Positions 25,173 through 38,125 are shown, counted from the whole stretch's first letter. The stretch is DNA of 63,230 bases, filler included, from Reticulomyxa filosa (GCA_000512085.1; 19 parts of 19 records of this genome joined end to end with filler, not necessarily neighbours in it), one strand, 5' to 3'. Program-made: numbers and translations. Notes: generated by a model not told the origin, from the letters alone.

Positions 25173-26349
25173 ATGCTACAGCAAAACTCGTTATTGGGTC
25201 AAACCCATCAAATTCAAACGATCATGCCTTACACTTTTACTACAGGGGAGCTTGATTCACTACGAGGAAAGCTCCAACTGGCTGAACAGCATTCCAAAAA
25301 TTCACAATCAATCCTTCAGCTATCCTTGAATGAGATCCGAACCCTTCAAAAAATGATAGACATGACCTATTTACAAGGCCTCAGGTTTTTTTTTGAACGT
25401 CGATTTTGCGTTAAAAAAACAGAAACAAAAAAAAAAGGGTTCCTTCTGGTAGGAAAAAACTGTCCAAAATTAAAAACCAAGTAAAGGGAGAAAAAAAAAA
25501 AAAAATAGTGGTTCAAATGTGTTACCTTCGATTCAACACGAAATGAATCCTTCGATGGGCATAAAATCAGGTGGCAACAGCGCAACACCTCCGAGCAACT
25601 ATGTTTGCCATAAATGTGGTATTCCAGGGCATTACGTTCATGACTGTCCGAACGTAAGTGGCCGGGGTCCACCTCCAGAAAACTATGTGTGCCGTAAATG
25701 CAACATTTCAGGTGCAAACATCGATTTATGTGTTTGTTTGTAAGCATGTGCTTGTATCCCATTTTCATTAATTTTTTTATTTTTTTTTTATTTTTTTTAT
25801 TTTTTGGAAAGAGGTGTTTAAATAAACTTTTGGTAATTAATAAAAAAAAAAAAAAGGTCATTGGATTCAAGAGTGCCCCTTGGGAAATCAACAAGATTAC
25901 AGTAAACCACCTCCTCCTGGATATTGCTGCCATCGTTGTGGAGTACCTGGGCATTGGATCAAAAACTGCCCAACTAATAATAACACCCTCGAGGGCAATG
26001 GTGGCAGTAATCAAAGAGACAGGGATCCATCTGACTATGGCCAAAGCAAGAAAATGTCTCTTCCTCAGTCCAACTTGCAGCAAATGACCACGTTGACCAA
26101 CAACGGGGGTTATTTGGACAACGACAACAAAGATACGGACCTCAATGCTGGTCTAACAGTCACACAAGGTTAGTTTGTTTTTTTTTATATACTTTATTAT
26201 TATATTATTTTATTAGTTTCATTACTAAAGGAGAGGAGAGAGGAAAGTGTCTCTTTCAATATTATACGTATTTTGTCGTGTGCTGTATTATAGGTTTATC
26301 AGACACTGGAGAACAACAGAAAACAGAAAAATCACTTGACGAACACTAA
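25173..26349 (+). CDS. Coiled-coil + three RBBP6/Mpe1-type CCHC zinc knuckles
   Basis: PPSNYVCHKCGIPGHYVHDCP; PPPENYVCRKCNISG|HWIQECP (spliced); PPPPGYCCHRCGVPGHWIKNCPTN. Last exon ends TAA 26347-26349. Confidence 0.8.
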
Positions 26350-28104
26350 AAGACAAAAAAAAAATCAAACCAAAATATATCAAAACAAAATAAAAAGCAA
26401 TTTTTTTTTCTTTTAAAAATGAAAACTTAAAAGCACGTAGATGTTTTTATTTTATTTTTTTGCGTTTTCTAGGAATTCAAATTTTTTCTTTTTTTTTTTG
26501 TTTTATGTTGAGGACAAGGGAAAAAAAAAGACTTTTAAAGACACAGGTTTTGTTGGATCGAACAACACTTTCGATAGTCCATTTTTCTCAATTTGCTTGA
26601 GGTATGCTTGTTGTGAATGCCACACTGGTTTTTTTGGTTTATAAAGTTTTGCCACTTTTTATTACAAGACATAACGCATTTTTGTCAGTGCAGTTACAAC
26701 GGTGTTGTGACTTTTTTGTTTGTTTTGTTTTTGTTTTTTGTTTTAATTTTGTTCATTTTCAATTATCGGCTTGTTTGTTCTTCGTCCTTCGTTCGTTTGA
26801 TTTCTTATTTGTTCGTTGATCATTATTGTTGTTTGTCCATACGTCTCATGTTTGTTGTTTTATTTTTTTGTTTTGTTTTTGAAATTTTAGTGTTCGTTTT
26901 GCTGTTTTAATAACAAAAGGAAATTGATTTTTTTTATGTTTTGATTTTTTTTTCGTTCTTTGTTTCAAAGAATTTGTTTACTACGTGTGAAGGCAACACC
27001 AGACAATCTGTTTTCTGAAATTAAAAGTTTTTATGTCTTGAATTTTTTTTCAACTACTTTTTCTGGATTATGCTCTTTTCAAAAAAAGTTTATTGTCTCT
27101 TATTTCATTAATACTGACCAAGAGATTGAGAACAACACGTTATCAAGTAAATCAACAACTCTACAAAAAAGGGATCTAAAAACGAAGCAATTTGTATAAA
27201 AACACTTGTCACAATATAACTTTATTGAAAAAGTTGTTTTTATTTGACAGGAAAATTTTGACAAAAACTCGAAATTAAAGGAATAGGTTCCGCCGACATA
27301 ATGATGCTGGCAGAATTGATTATTTATATTTCTGTTTCCCCCAAAATTTGCCTGTAATTACTTGTTTAATGTTTTGTTCAATTTTTTTGTTATTTTTATT
27401 TGAAATTTTTAAAATTTTCTTGTCACGTTTTTTATGCTATTCTATTAAGAATGTTTGTTTAACTTTTGATGGCGTATCTAAAATAAATTTTATTTGTCAT
27501 TGTACAACTGTCTCTATTTGGCTCAATTTTATTATTAATCCAAATGACTATTATTATTTTTTACAAAATGTGTGGCAAGTACAGCATTACATTTCATGTT
27601 TGTCAATAAAAACTGTATATCTACAGTTAACATCTTTATTCCAATTAAATAAATTTCATCTGTGTGTTGCATGAGATTGTCATTTGCAGAAATTGTAATA
27701 TAAAAGATTCTCTTGAGTAAAAATTTTTAAAAAATTAAATGAGAAAAAAATAAAAGAATCAGAAAATTGAAGAAATGACAAAAATATCATTAAAAAAGAT
27801 TCAAGATTATCTTTAAACTTTGCCAGTAACAGTAGTCATTGCCCTACAATACTCGTTAAATGTAATATGAAACAATTTTGTACTAAGGTTGTTTCAATTA
27901 AATTTAATGAATAGCTGATTATAAAAAGTGCTATAATACTGCCGTCACAGGGAAATATTTTATATTTTTTTGCTTTTATGTAAACAATGCAATTAAATAC
28001 GTTGTGAGTCAACCACCAAAGAGGATCGAATTTTTTGACTAAAAAAGGAAGTTTGTTGGTTCATTTTTTTGTAGTAATAAATAAGTGTCTGTTAACACAC
28101 AATC

Positions 28105-28627
28105 ATGGCCACTGGAATTCAAGATCTGATGAAAGCAGAAAAAGACGCTTCTGATATCGTCAACGAAGTTAAACAATTGTCAAGGAACACACAAACAAAG
28201 AACACTGACAAAGGAAAAAAATTAACAACAAATGAAAAAAAAAGGCCAGAAAACAAAGAAACCAGAAATTGAAAACTGCAAAAACTGAGGCTCAAGATGA
28301 AATCAAATCTCTTAAGTTTTGTTTTTTTTTATGATCCTTAGCGGCCATATTTGACTATCATCTTTTGGGGTCCACACCACAAAAAAAACTGATACTAACA
28401 GAGACCAAAGAGAAGAGGAATTGAACCAATTTAAACGCAAATTGAAAGAATCAGACACAAGCGCAAAAGATTTGGAGAAACAAACGCAAGAAGACATTGC
28501 CAAATTAAAAGTACATTTTGAAAAAAATGTGGACGAAGTAATTGAATTGTTGTTGAAGAAAGTGGAACATGTAGACTTGACCGTGCCAGATGCCTACAGA
28601 CAAGGCGCAAATCACTCATACACTTAA
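28105..28627 (+). CDS. VMA10: V-type ATPase subunit G
   Basis: Three exons: MATGIQDLMKAEKDASDIVNE|ARKQRNQKLKTAKTEAQDEIK...EEELNQFK...NVDEVIELLLKKVEHVD. Confidence 0.9.
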
Positions 28628-29819
28628 ATGAAAAGTTTTTGATGCTGTTCTCCCTGTGAGTAATGGTGTTTTGATTTTTGTTGTTTCTGTTTTTTGTTCA
28701 TGGGAACGTGTTTCCTTGCTTACTTGTTTTCATGGTGGTTATAAAGCTTTGGCCCCATTGATTATTGATGCCCATAAAATGCAGAACTTTACGTGGCTTC
28801 ATCCTACGTTTTTTTTTAATTTCACCAGTCGATCCTAACAAAAATTTCTCGCCCGAAGTTCACACAAAACTGAACTTTTTCGTGTTGACAATTTTTTTTC
28901 ATTTTGTCCCCTGATGCTAAAAAAGTCTTATGATTCGTGCAACATCAATAGTCTACTTATTTACAAGGTTTTGATTAGTTATAAATAATTATGACAAACA
29001 ATAATTCATGTTACCCTACATTATTTCTTTTGGATTTGAATGTATGACAGAAAATGACCATTTAACTTTGTAGATTTCCCAGAAGTTTTTGTATAATTAA
29101 AAAACATCAACACGTGCAAAATTTCAAAAGAACGACAAAGATAGATTTGCTTTCAATAGTAGAAGCTCATTCACATTGAAAATATGTTGGAGTAACACTC
29201 ATGAATAAAAAGTAACATCCAAACGTCTTAATTGCATATAGTGGTGGGGATAACTTGGATTAGCAGCCAAGAGAGCAAGAAAAAAAGTATATTGAGATGA
29301 AAAGAAACGAGAGTCAAAACAACTGCTAAGTTGGGTTTATCCCCCTTCTTCCCTCACATAAAATAATGTTAATAAAAAACAAAACAATAAAAACCCAAGC
29401 ACCAATTCAAAACATTCGACCGAAAAAAAAAACTAAAAAGAGTCAGAAACAGTGTGAATCGTGGGAACTTCTCCACAGTAATTTTATATTGACTTGATGA
29501 ATTGAAGTTCTGTCATTATTTTTGTGTCTTTTTCTCTCCTCTCTTTCTCTTGCTCTCCACCAAAAACATAACTTCGGATGAACAAACATAATTTGACAAA
29601 CAAACAAAAAAGAAAAAAAATAAAATAAAGGAATATATTTTGAATTTACGAATACAAATCTTGTACGCATTAATTTTCATCTCCTAAAAACTGAAATCAA
29701 AGCAAGAGAACCAGAAAGAAATATAAACGGCATTTTCATAGCACATGCCTTTCTCTTGTCACTTCCCTTTCGTCTGTTGTTGCATACATTTTAGAGTGGA
29801 CTAGGCAAACGGAACACAA

Positions 29820-30973
29820 TTAAATGGACTTGACCGATTGGTAGGTCGGATGACAATCATAAACAAGAGTTCGGTCTACGTCAGTGTGACATAAGGAGCA
29901 TTTCGTTTTATCAGAAAGGCAGTCATTGCACAACACGTGACCACACCTAATTATTTATTTACTTATTTATTTGTGTCAATCCAAAAACAAAGATTACAAA
30001 AGGGACAAATTAAAAACTTTTTTTTTTTTTTTGGAGTGTATGGTTTTTTTTTTTTTTTTATATATTTTTGTTGTTATTATTCGAAACGGCATTAATAATT
30101 GCATTATAGACTGAGATAGCATTTGACAGCCCTCACAGGAACTTTTTTTAGGATTTTGAACATCTTTTTGATGGAGTGTGTCGTTTATATCATTGGTCGA
30201 TTGAGATGGCAAGTGCAAAGAAATATTGAGGGGAAATGTGTCGGCGATCTCGCGCTCGTCGTCAGTGTCAATGTCCAAAGGCTCGTTGTCATTGCTACTT
30301 TGCACCGCTGGTGGAGACAAATGTTTTAAAAAGTGCGGTTCGTTGTCGGCTCCGGACCACAACAAAAGGTCTTTTTCCAAATGCAAAGGGTGATAATGGC
30401 TGTGCTGGTCCGCGGACTGGTAGTGGTAATCGTGAGCGGCTGTGACATGATTGTGTCCAGCCCAATACGAACAGGCATTGACATGCGACGCCTTCGCGTA
30501 TGCAACGCTGTTATCGTACAAGTTCCCATTGGCCCGATTATACGTCCCGATCCATTGTTTCGGCATGTGCGTCTCATTTCCATTGTAATGATAAGAAATG
30601 TCGACATACGATCTTACTTCAAATGGTATCCATTGTCGCATTTGTGTTTGTGTTTGTGTTTGTGATTGTGTTTGTCTTTGTCCTTCTTCATCACGCTCTT
30701 CTTCTCTTTCTCCTCCTTGCTTTTCATGATTAATACATCCTTTAGTGTTTGTATATGCTTGAAGACTCTGTTTTCCGGACACCTTTCCTGGCATGAGCTC
30801 TTGCTCTGGCACTGGTGACGGAGTGAACTTTTGTTTGTCAATTTGAAACTGAACAAACTTGTGATCAACAGGATAATGAGCACTACCGCTACTACCACCA
30901 TTATCACCACCACCGCCGACTTGTAATAAAGACTTACTAAGTCTAGCGTCATACACAATGAGTGGAGTAGCAA

Positions 30974-31018
<45 letters not shown>

Positions 31019-31630
31019 GAAAAGTATACGTATTAGATCGACGAGGGAAAGGCGAACGAATGTCAGCTTCGCCATGGGCATGAGTGCAATAAAAACCCCA
31101 TTTGCAACAGTTGCCCGACGGATTGGTGAAGTTGGTGCACATTGACGTTTTATAAATGTTGGGATGATACATTTGCTCCAATATGGTATGCGAATATGGA
31201 CATCGATCGCCATTGACGCAGCGACTCTGCGGTAGCCATTTGACACTTCCAAAAGGCTTGACCTGTGGACAGGCTTCTTCGGAATACGCGAACAATGGCC
31301 CGGTGCCGGGATTGCGGCGTCTCTCGCCTTCGTGGTGGTACAACTCACATGTCACTTTCTCCGGACAATTGCGACGGAACGGACAAGGATACACTTTGTA
31401 GCGAAATAAAAAAAAGCACATGTTTTCATTGCGTGTCGAAAACGGACTAATCCAGGTCTTCCTTGATGCGTTCTTGCAATTCAATCGCTCGTCCTGTTTC
31501 TCTGTTATATCATTCGTACTCCATTTTTGCAATGACTCCAGTTTTTGGATACTCTCGTCGTCGAACTCGTTCATGTGCAGCATTGCTGGTTGCGTTTCGC
31601 TTTGTTCTAGGTATGATTCGAGCGTGCCTA
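29820..31630 (-). CDS. Unkempt-like tandem CCCH protein with C-terminal RING finger (5' truncated)
   Basis: YKVYPCP...CELYHHEGERRRNP...YSEEACP...CVNGDRCPYSHTILEQMYHPNIYKTSMC...CKWGFYCTHAHG. A last exon not in the ORF track (29946-29820) completes CEGC...LMP|CGHVLCNDCLSDKTKCSLCH. Confidence 0.85.
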
Positions 31631-31717
31631 TTTTGTGTATGTGAATAGGGAAAGAGAAGGGGAGGGGGAAGGGCAAAGGGGTTTGTTTTCCAGTACTTAT
31701 CTATCTATTTTTTGGTC

Positions 31718-31751
<34 letters not shown>

Positions 31752-31851
31752 NNNNNNNNNNNNNNNNNNNNNNNNNNNNNNNNNNNNNNNNNNNNTTAAT
31801 TAATTAANNNNNNNNNNNNNNNNNNNNNNNNNNNNNNNNNNNNNNNNNNNN

Positions 31852-32144
31852 AAACGAGAGCTGCTAACTGGTTGAAATTATTGAGTGAGCCATTGATTCA
31901 TGGTGGAAAAGAAAAAGAATACTACTTTGGAAACAAAGTCTCTTATGCTGACTTAGCTGTCACAATTTTCTTGGAAATAATTGAATATTTCTTAGGTAAA
32001 AAATACGAAGAATTTGTCAGCAAACCTTTCCATGCCTTGCACCACTTGCGTGAAAGAGTTGAAAAGAGACCTAACATCCACAAGTTCTTGGAGGATAGAA
32101 AGAAAAACAAACGTGCTATTTATGGAACACCTTGGTTCAATTAG
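31852..32144 (+). CDS. Glutathione S-transferase, C-terminal part
   Basis: YYFGNKVSYADLAV (N-capping box) and LRERVEKRPNIHKFLEDR, typical of sigma/alpha-like GST C-termini. Confidence 0.88.
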
Positions 32145-32498
32145 TTGCATTCTTTGCTTGCTACTTTTTTATTTTTAGGATTTTACTTTGAACTCTTCAA
32201 TTTATTTTACCAATGTGATTATCCACCAATCTTTTCAGGTGGATAATACATTCATTAAATTTTATGGTTGACGTTCGCATTTTTATTTGTCGCTTTTTTT
32301 GTTCATTACTCCGCTCCCAAAACTAATGCTCGACCAAAAAAATCATAATTCAATGAAAAATATTTCGAATTATTTTAAAGTAGCTCTTTTTGTTGCGGAA
32401 AACAACAGGTTGTCATCAAAACTGACTGCTCCCTTTTACTAAAACTACAGACTTCAAATTTTTTTTTGTTCTACAAACTCTTTAAAAACAGTGAAATA

Positions 32499-32930
32499 AT
32501 GGGACATATGCCTGCACGTTTGCCTGCAGATGGGGCTAGAGCTACACCCAGCGAACCATGGAAAATTACTGTGGAAGACGGTGCCGGAAACGTGTTCACG
32601 TTGCAGTATCCTGCAACGCCACATTTTTTTTATCGAGGAATACGTCCCGAAGAAAGCTCTAGTGGAGAGTACGACGGAGGACCTGATAGCGAATATACAG
32701 GCAATGGTGTCGAAGAGTGTCAAGAATGGAAGAATTTGGCCCTTGCAGTACTTAATGATTCTAAAAACCATCAGGAAGTACGGCCTAAAGGCGTATGGGT
32801 CGTTAGTGACGGTAAGCGACAATGTAATGTAAATCAGGGGGAAGCATTTGACGAACTAGCCAAAAAGCTTGAACAAGTAAGGTTAAAAGCAAAAGAGCGA
32901 CCAAGGAACAAATCGAATGAAACGATTTAA
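32499..32930 (+). CDS. Small intronless hypothetical protein
   Basis: Clean 143-codon ORF, more GC-rich than its flanks; DGAGNVF...IRPEESSSGEYDGG motif. Confidence 0.65.
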   Translation: MGHMPARLPADGARATPSEPWKITVEDGAGNVFTLQYPATPHFFYRGIRPEESSSGEYDGGPDSEYTGNGVEECQEWKNLALAVLNDSKNHQEVRPKGVWVVSDGKRQCNVNQGEAFDELAKKLEQVRLKAKERPRNKSNETI

Positions 32931-33705
32931 CAGTTATGCCGTATATTTTATTTGTTTTACCATTTGCAACTTTAATAATCTTTTTTTCCAAAATTTAATG
33001 ATAATAGAATTAAAAAGGTAAAAACAAAATGTAATTTGAAAATGCTTTTCAAGATGTCATTTTGTTAAATAAAATTGAATAAACATCAGAAATCAATTTT
33101 TTGACGCCCCATTTTTACATTTTTTTGCAACACCTTCACAGCTTTTGTTGGTCAGTTTTCGATTGTAATTTCTAATCACACCAATAAACATCACTTTTTA
33201 TTGAAGAAAAAAAAAAAGAAAAAAGAAATTTGTTTATAAAAAGATCAGTCCCTCAGAATAGCAAATCATGAAAGGATCACTATTGTAATTGGTCATCTTT
33301 TGCAGTTTTTTTTTGTTTTCTTTTCAAGCTTAACTTTATATTATTTGCCAGGCTTTTCACTGTACAATTTATGCGCACGCTTTCTATTATGAACAACAAA
33401 AACAAACAAGTACGACATAAAAATTAGAATGCAGTTTTGTCTCGGTCACAACAAACAAAACTTGCTCATTCGGGCGCATANNNNNNNNNNNNNNNNNNNN
33501 NNNNNNNNNNNNNNNNNNNNNNNNTTAATTAATTAANNNNNNNNNNNNNNNNNNNNNNNNNNNNNNNNNNNNNNNNNNNNAATGGAGAGACTTTTGCGTC
33601 GTCAAGCCTCTCTTTTGTCAGCTGTGGCGTTTTTATTACTTGTTTGCAGTTTTTGTTGTTGTAGATGCATATTTTGTTGGTGTTTTCTTGTGTTCGCAGT
33701 TTTAT

Positions 33706-34020
33706 TTAAACCATATACATTTTGTTAACCTTGGGCTTTTCTTTCTGAATTTTTCCTGTTTTGATTTCCACGTAATATGGCTGGCCATAATTATCTAATT
33801 CTCTGGTCCATCCCTCAGGCAATTCTGAATAAGAACGTTCACGTTGAAGAGATGACATCACACTTTGATATATTGCGATTAATATCAATGCAGCTGGTCC
33901 CTTGTCAGGTAAACACGTACTTGCCGCAGCAATTGTGCCACATTCTTACCAATGCATCTCATCCAACAGATATTTGTAATAGGTCATACATCTGAAAAGT
34001 GTAAGCTCTTTGCATTTGCA
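33706..34020 (-). pseudogene. WW-domain-containing gene fragment with a decayed upstream part
   Basis: LPEGWTRELDNYGQPYYVEIKTGKIQKEKP is a WW domain lacking the second Trp. The upstream Cys-containing sequence is broken by stops. Confidence 0.5.
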
Positions 34021-34367
34021 AAACAAAAAATACAGATTTAATCATCTCATTTTTTCGATGATAGTGTTCAAAAATTACGTGTAAATATATAAACTGCTAG
34101 TGGATACAGCTATCCTTTTAAAAGAAATTCAAAGATACAGTAAACTACGGAAATATTGTATTAATTTTGCCAAATTTTTTGATATCAAAAGCGGTAGGGC
34201 TTTACCCTACACAGCATCAATGACTATAATTCTAATAAAATGATATAACTTACTTCTTAATAAAATCAATCAATGCTTATTTCAATGATAAAGATTGTCA
34301 ATTTTTATTGTTACAACGTCAAATTGTATGAACCATTTTAAATATGAGGTAACACCAAATGTATAAG

Positions 34368-34601
34368 TGTAAGGGAAAGGGTAATGCCCTACCAACGTTA
34401 CAAAGTGAGAAAGAACTTGAATCTTTTTTACTAAAACTTTCTCCTTTTTCACTTCTACCAAAAAGTTTTCTTGTTTTTTTATTTTCATTCTTGCATTGTG
34501 TTTTGTGAATTATTTTTACTTGATTATTTCGTTTTACTGAAATTTTGTTTCTTGAACAAAGTTCCTCGTATTACACTTAGTCGTAACTCACTGCTCCTAC
34601 A
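34368..34601 (-). mobile_element. Second, diverged copy of the TGTAGGA element
   Basis: The reverse complement begins tgtaggagcagtgagttacgactaagtgtaatacgaggaactttgttc...aatttcagtaaa, matching ~20513-20585, and ends ...ccttaca. Confidence 0.6.
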
Positions 34602-35480
34602 AGTCTGAGCCTAGGGACTTTTTTCCCCAAAAACTTACTTATTACTTTCGTTTTTGTTTGGTTATTTTCGTTATTTAAACTCCTTGTTTGCTAACATCTC
34701 CCAAAGGAATAATCAGTCGTAACTTCTCCTTAGCAGAGATCTTAGCAGCTCTACACAAGTTTGACAAATCACATTAAATAGTACATGGCACGCATAAAAA
34801 CAAAAAAAACTGTATATTGTTCTTGCTAACATTATGCACAAAAGTAATAATAAAATATTAATTGAATAAAGAACCAACATGTTTGACTTACAAATTAAAA
34901 AAAAAGTATATACATTTAACTTGTAGTGTGAGTCAGTAAGTTATACTTCACGATTTGTGCTAGTATATCGAATTAATGTCTTTATTATGATTTAGCTAAA
35001 TCAATATCAATTTTTATTAAGAAACAAATTACTTTCAAGTAATCTAAACAAAAGCAAAAAATAGTTAATTTGTATGCTAAATTTTATCTATCACTTCGAA
35101 TGTATTCTGTTCGTTATTTTGCTTCTATTTTTCTGTTATTCTCTTATTCAATTTTTGCTGTCGCTTTCATTGCAGTCACGAAAACTAACAAATGTTGATT
35201 TATTTAATTGATTTTTGTTTTCAACATGAAACTACACACGTGTTGACTTAATGGTCAATTTTTTCTTTAATTTTACAGTGTAGTTCTTGGATAGCGTTAC
35301 TACAGCTTACAGATTTGCATCGAGTAGGACGTTTAACAAGCAAAAATTTCGAAAGATTTTGCTCTGTATAAAGTTACAAACTTATTTTTAAAAAAATATC
35401 ACTGTTTTTTTTTTGGACCTTTTTGGTTTTTTCCCACAGATAAAATTAGCTTTACCCCTTCCAGAGTATAGCAAGTTGGG

Positions 35481-36430
35481 ATGGGGAATTTTTGTATTGG
35501 TAGCACTTCTCTTCCCGATCAAATTCATGAACGAATGGCGAGTAGGCATATCCAGGCCTACATTAAAGACCACGAAAAACAGCAGGAACGAGAAAAATGG
35601 TTGTTGCTATTGGGTACAGGAAGTAGTGGCAAGTCAACCCTCTTCAAAGAGTTGCGTTTGATTGACGGACATCGCTTTCAAGACCGGGAAAAGATCAAGC
35701 ACAAGCAAATTATTCGAAAGAATATGGTATCAGGAATGATTGCCTTGTTGCAAAAGTCTTTAGTTTTGCCGACATTAGTTGAACCATACACTTTTTTTGT
35801 TGGCAGGTCGAACAAAAACATTAGGACTGATTTCCAACCTTTTCAAAAAAAAAAAAAAAAAAAACCAGAAATTGTACGAAGGGAACCCCCAAAAATATGA
35901 GGACTGCAGAGTGGACGTTGAAGACAAAGAGATCATGACCAACATTGATGTGGTTCTGAGTTTTTCCAAGGAAGACTTCGACAATGAAGACGAGATTGAC
36001 GAAGTAAGACTGGAGAAACTGGGAAACGCTATTGAATTTTTGTGGACGTTGTACCCAATCAAACATACTTTGCGCCAAAGAACTGGGTACACAGATGTTT
36101 CTATTTTGAACGCGAGGACTGGAAAAGGGGAGGGGAGGGAATAGAGGAGGAGGGGAGAGGAGATAAAGGAAAGTGAAAAGGTAAAAAAAAAAAAAAAAAA
36201 AAGAAAAGAATTTCTCTCTCTTTTAATATCATCAAACATACGAAAGGGGGAAGATCGGGCTGCATGTATTTATAGGCATCGCTACTTTCCGGACAACTTG
36301 GAGCACTTTTTGCAAAAGGCGAAACAAATAATGGTACAAGATTACATGCCGGACAATGACGACATATTGAGGACGAGAAACGAAACCAATGGAATAGAAG
36401 AATTAGTGAGTGTCAACAACAACAAATATA
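35481..36430 (+). CDS. Heterotrimeric G-protein alpha subunit (3' truncated)
   Basis: MGNFC lipidation motif, LLLLGTGSSGKSTLFK P-loop, helical domain, and YMPDNDDILRTRNETNGIEE switch I. Two introns. Confidence 0.93.
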
Positions 36431-36530
36431 NNNNNNNNNNNNNNNNNNNNNNNNNNNNNNNNNNNNNNNNNNNNTTAATTAATTAANNNNNNNNNNNNNN
36501 NNNNNNNNNNNNNNNNNNNNNNNNNNNNNN

Positions 36531-36790
36531 TTGTTGTTGTTGTTGTTGTTGTTGTTGTTATTGTTGTTAAGATTATGCGTGACGCTATTTGCACTGATTA
36601 CGCCTTTGCCTTTTTCGTACCATTGAATATATGCTTGCAGTTGCTTGATCTGCTTTTGCATCCTGCGGTTACTGGCTCGTAATTGGCTATTCTCCAGTAT
36701 CACCGCAGGCAGATTCTGATCCAATTCTTTCATATCATCTGCTGATATCACTTCCAATCCATTCATAAGGTTCTGTTGTTACATCCCCCC
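36531..36790 (-). CDS. Coiled-coil hypothetical protein fragment running into poly-Asn
   Basis: ENSQLRASNRRMQKQIKQLQAYI heptad pattern; truncated at the linker. Confidence 0.45.
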
Positions 36791-37356
36791 CCAAAAAATT
36801 TTTTTTGTTTGTGGGTATATGTTTCTTTAAACGTAGAGGGGAGGAAAAAAAGTACTTCTTGTACGTCTTGTTATTACAATGTTTGCACAGATAAATTATA
36901 TTGTTTTGGGAAGTAGTCCTGCAGATATAGCCTCACCTTATCATTTTTTGAAGATTGAAACATGTCCATACTTATCCAATTTTTTTGAGTGTTATCTCCC
37001 GAGTAATATACTTCCGATGAAAAGGTAACATATCACCACTGACTATTCGATATTCTCTTTTAAATTGCAAATTTGTTATTCACTCTTCTAATCTTAAATT
37101 ATTCCACTGTTATTTTACCGTCAAAAAATAATGTTTACTTCAAATTTAAGACTTACATCTGATTATGACAGTACTTTAGCACACAAAACACTCTTTTTTT
37201 TTTAAGCTCATTTGATACTACAAACAATGGACACCAACGAAGTTGTGGAAAAGTGCTGCCATAAACGTACGTTAGAGGCTTAGTCTCACAAAGGAGTAAA
37301 GGGCGGGGATAACCAAGCGTAACATTTTTAATAGAAAGAGCTGTGTTTAATATATG

Positions 37357-37820
37357 ATGGCCCAACAAAATGGGACAGATACTGAATCCAGTAATGAGAA
37401 TTTATTTGATCTGACGAAATCTCAAAAAGGAGTGTTAATTCGACATGCTCACGGGTCCCAACTTCGGGCGAACCCGTCCAACCACCAATGCATCGACCAT
37501 AAAGGTGGCCAAGGCGATTGGAGCAAATGGAACGTTTATTTTGAAAAGGGCAGCAACGACGTGGTATTGATAAAAAAATGCACACAAAAAAGATAGTTTT
37601 TGCATACGCATACACAGCGAACCCTCAATCAAAAAAAAAAATGTGTGATTGTTTCATTTGCAGGTGCTTATACAAAACCAGAAAACTGGAAAATATCTAA
37701 CCATCGACAAAAAAATGACTGAGTTCATAGTAGATAGCGAGGGTTTAAATAATTATTGCCGTTTCCGGCTCCATCACAACGCCGAAGGGTTGACACAAAT
37801 CGAATCATTGGCCTTTCCAG
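37357..37820 (+). CDS. Fascin-like beta-trefoil protein (3' truncated)
   Basis: IDHKGGQGDWSKWNV...|VLIQNQKTGKYLTID...CRFRLHH...IESLAFPG, a beta-trefoil actin-crosslinking repeat pattern. One intron. Confidence 0.55.
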
Positions 37821-37989
37821 GTGTGTAGCAAACGAAACGTTCCCTTTTTTTTTTTTTTTTTTTTGAGAAAAAAACAGCACAGACACTACNNNNNNNNNNN
37901 NNNNNNNNNNNNNNNNNNNNNNNNNNNNNNNNNTTAATTAATTAANNNNNNNNNNNNNNNNNNNNNNNNNNNNNNNNNNNNNNNNNNNN

Positions 37990-38125
37990 CTCTATTCACA
38001 TTCACTTTTGTTTCCTCACTACCAGTAATAAAAGCCACGTCACTGAATTTAGGTTCAGTTATTAATCTCTGCAAATTTTTTCGTTGTTCAGATTGCATAT
38101 CCATTGTATAGTCCATCGGCATCAT
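37990..38125 (-). CDS. BTB/POZ domain protein, N-terminus
   Basis: NLQRLITEPKFSDVAFITGSEETKVNVNR matches the BTB start (SDV.F.VG....+..HR). Confidence 0.7.

Noticed and set aside
35607-36405. G-alpha as a GTPase-dead variant (GTGSSGKST, RTRNETNG)
   Set aside because: The catalytic Arg and the Mg-binding Thr of switch I are retained, and switch II lies beyond the contig end.
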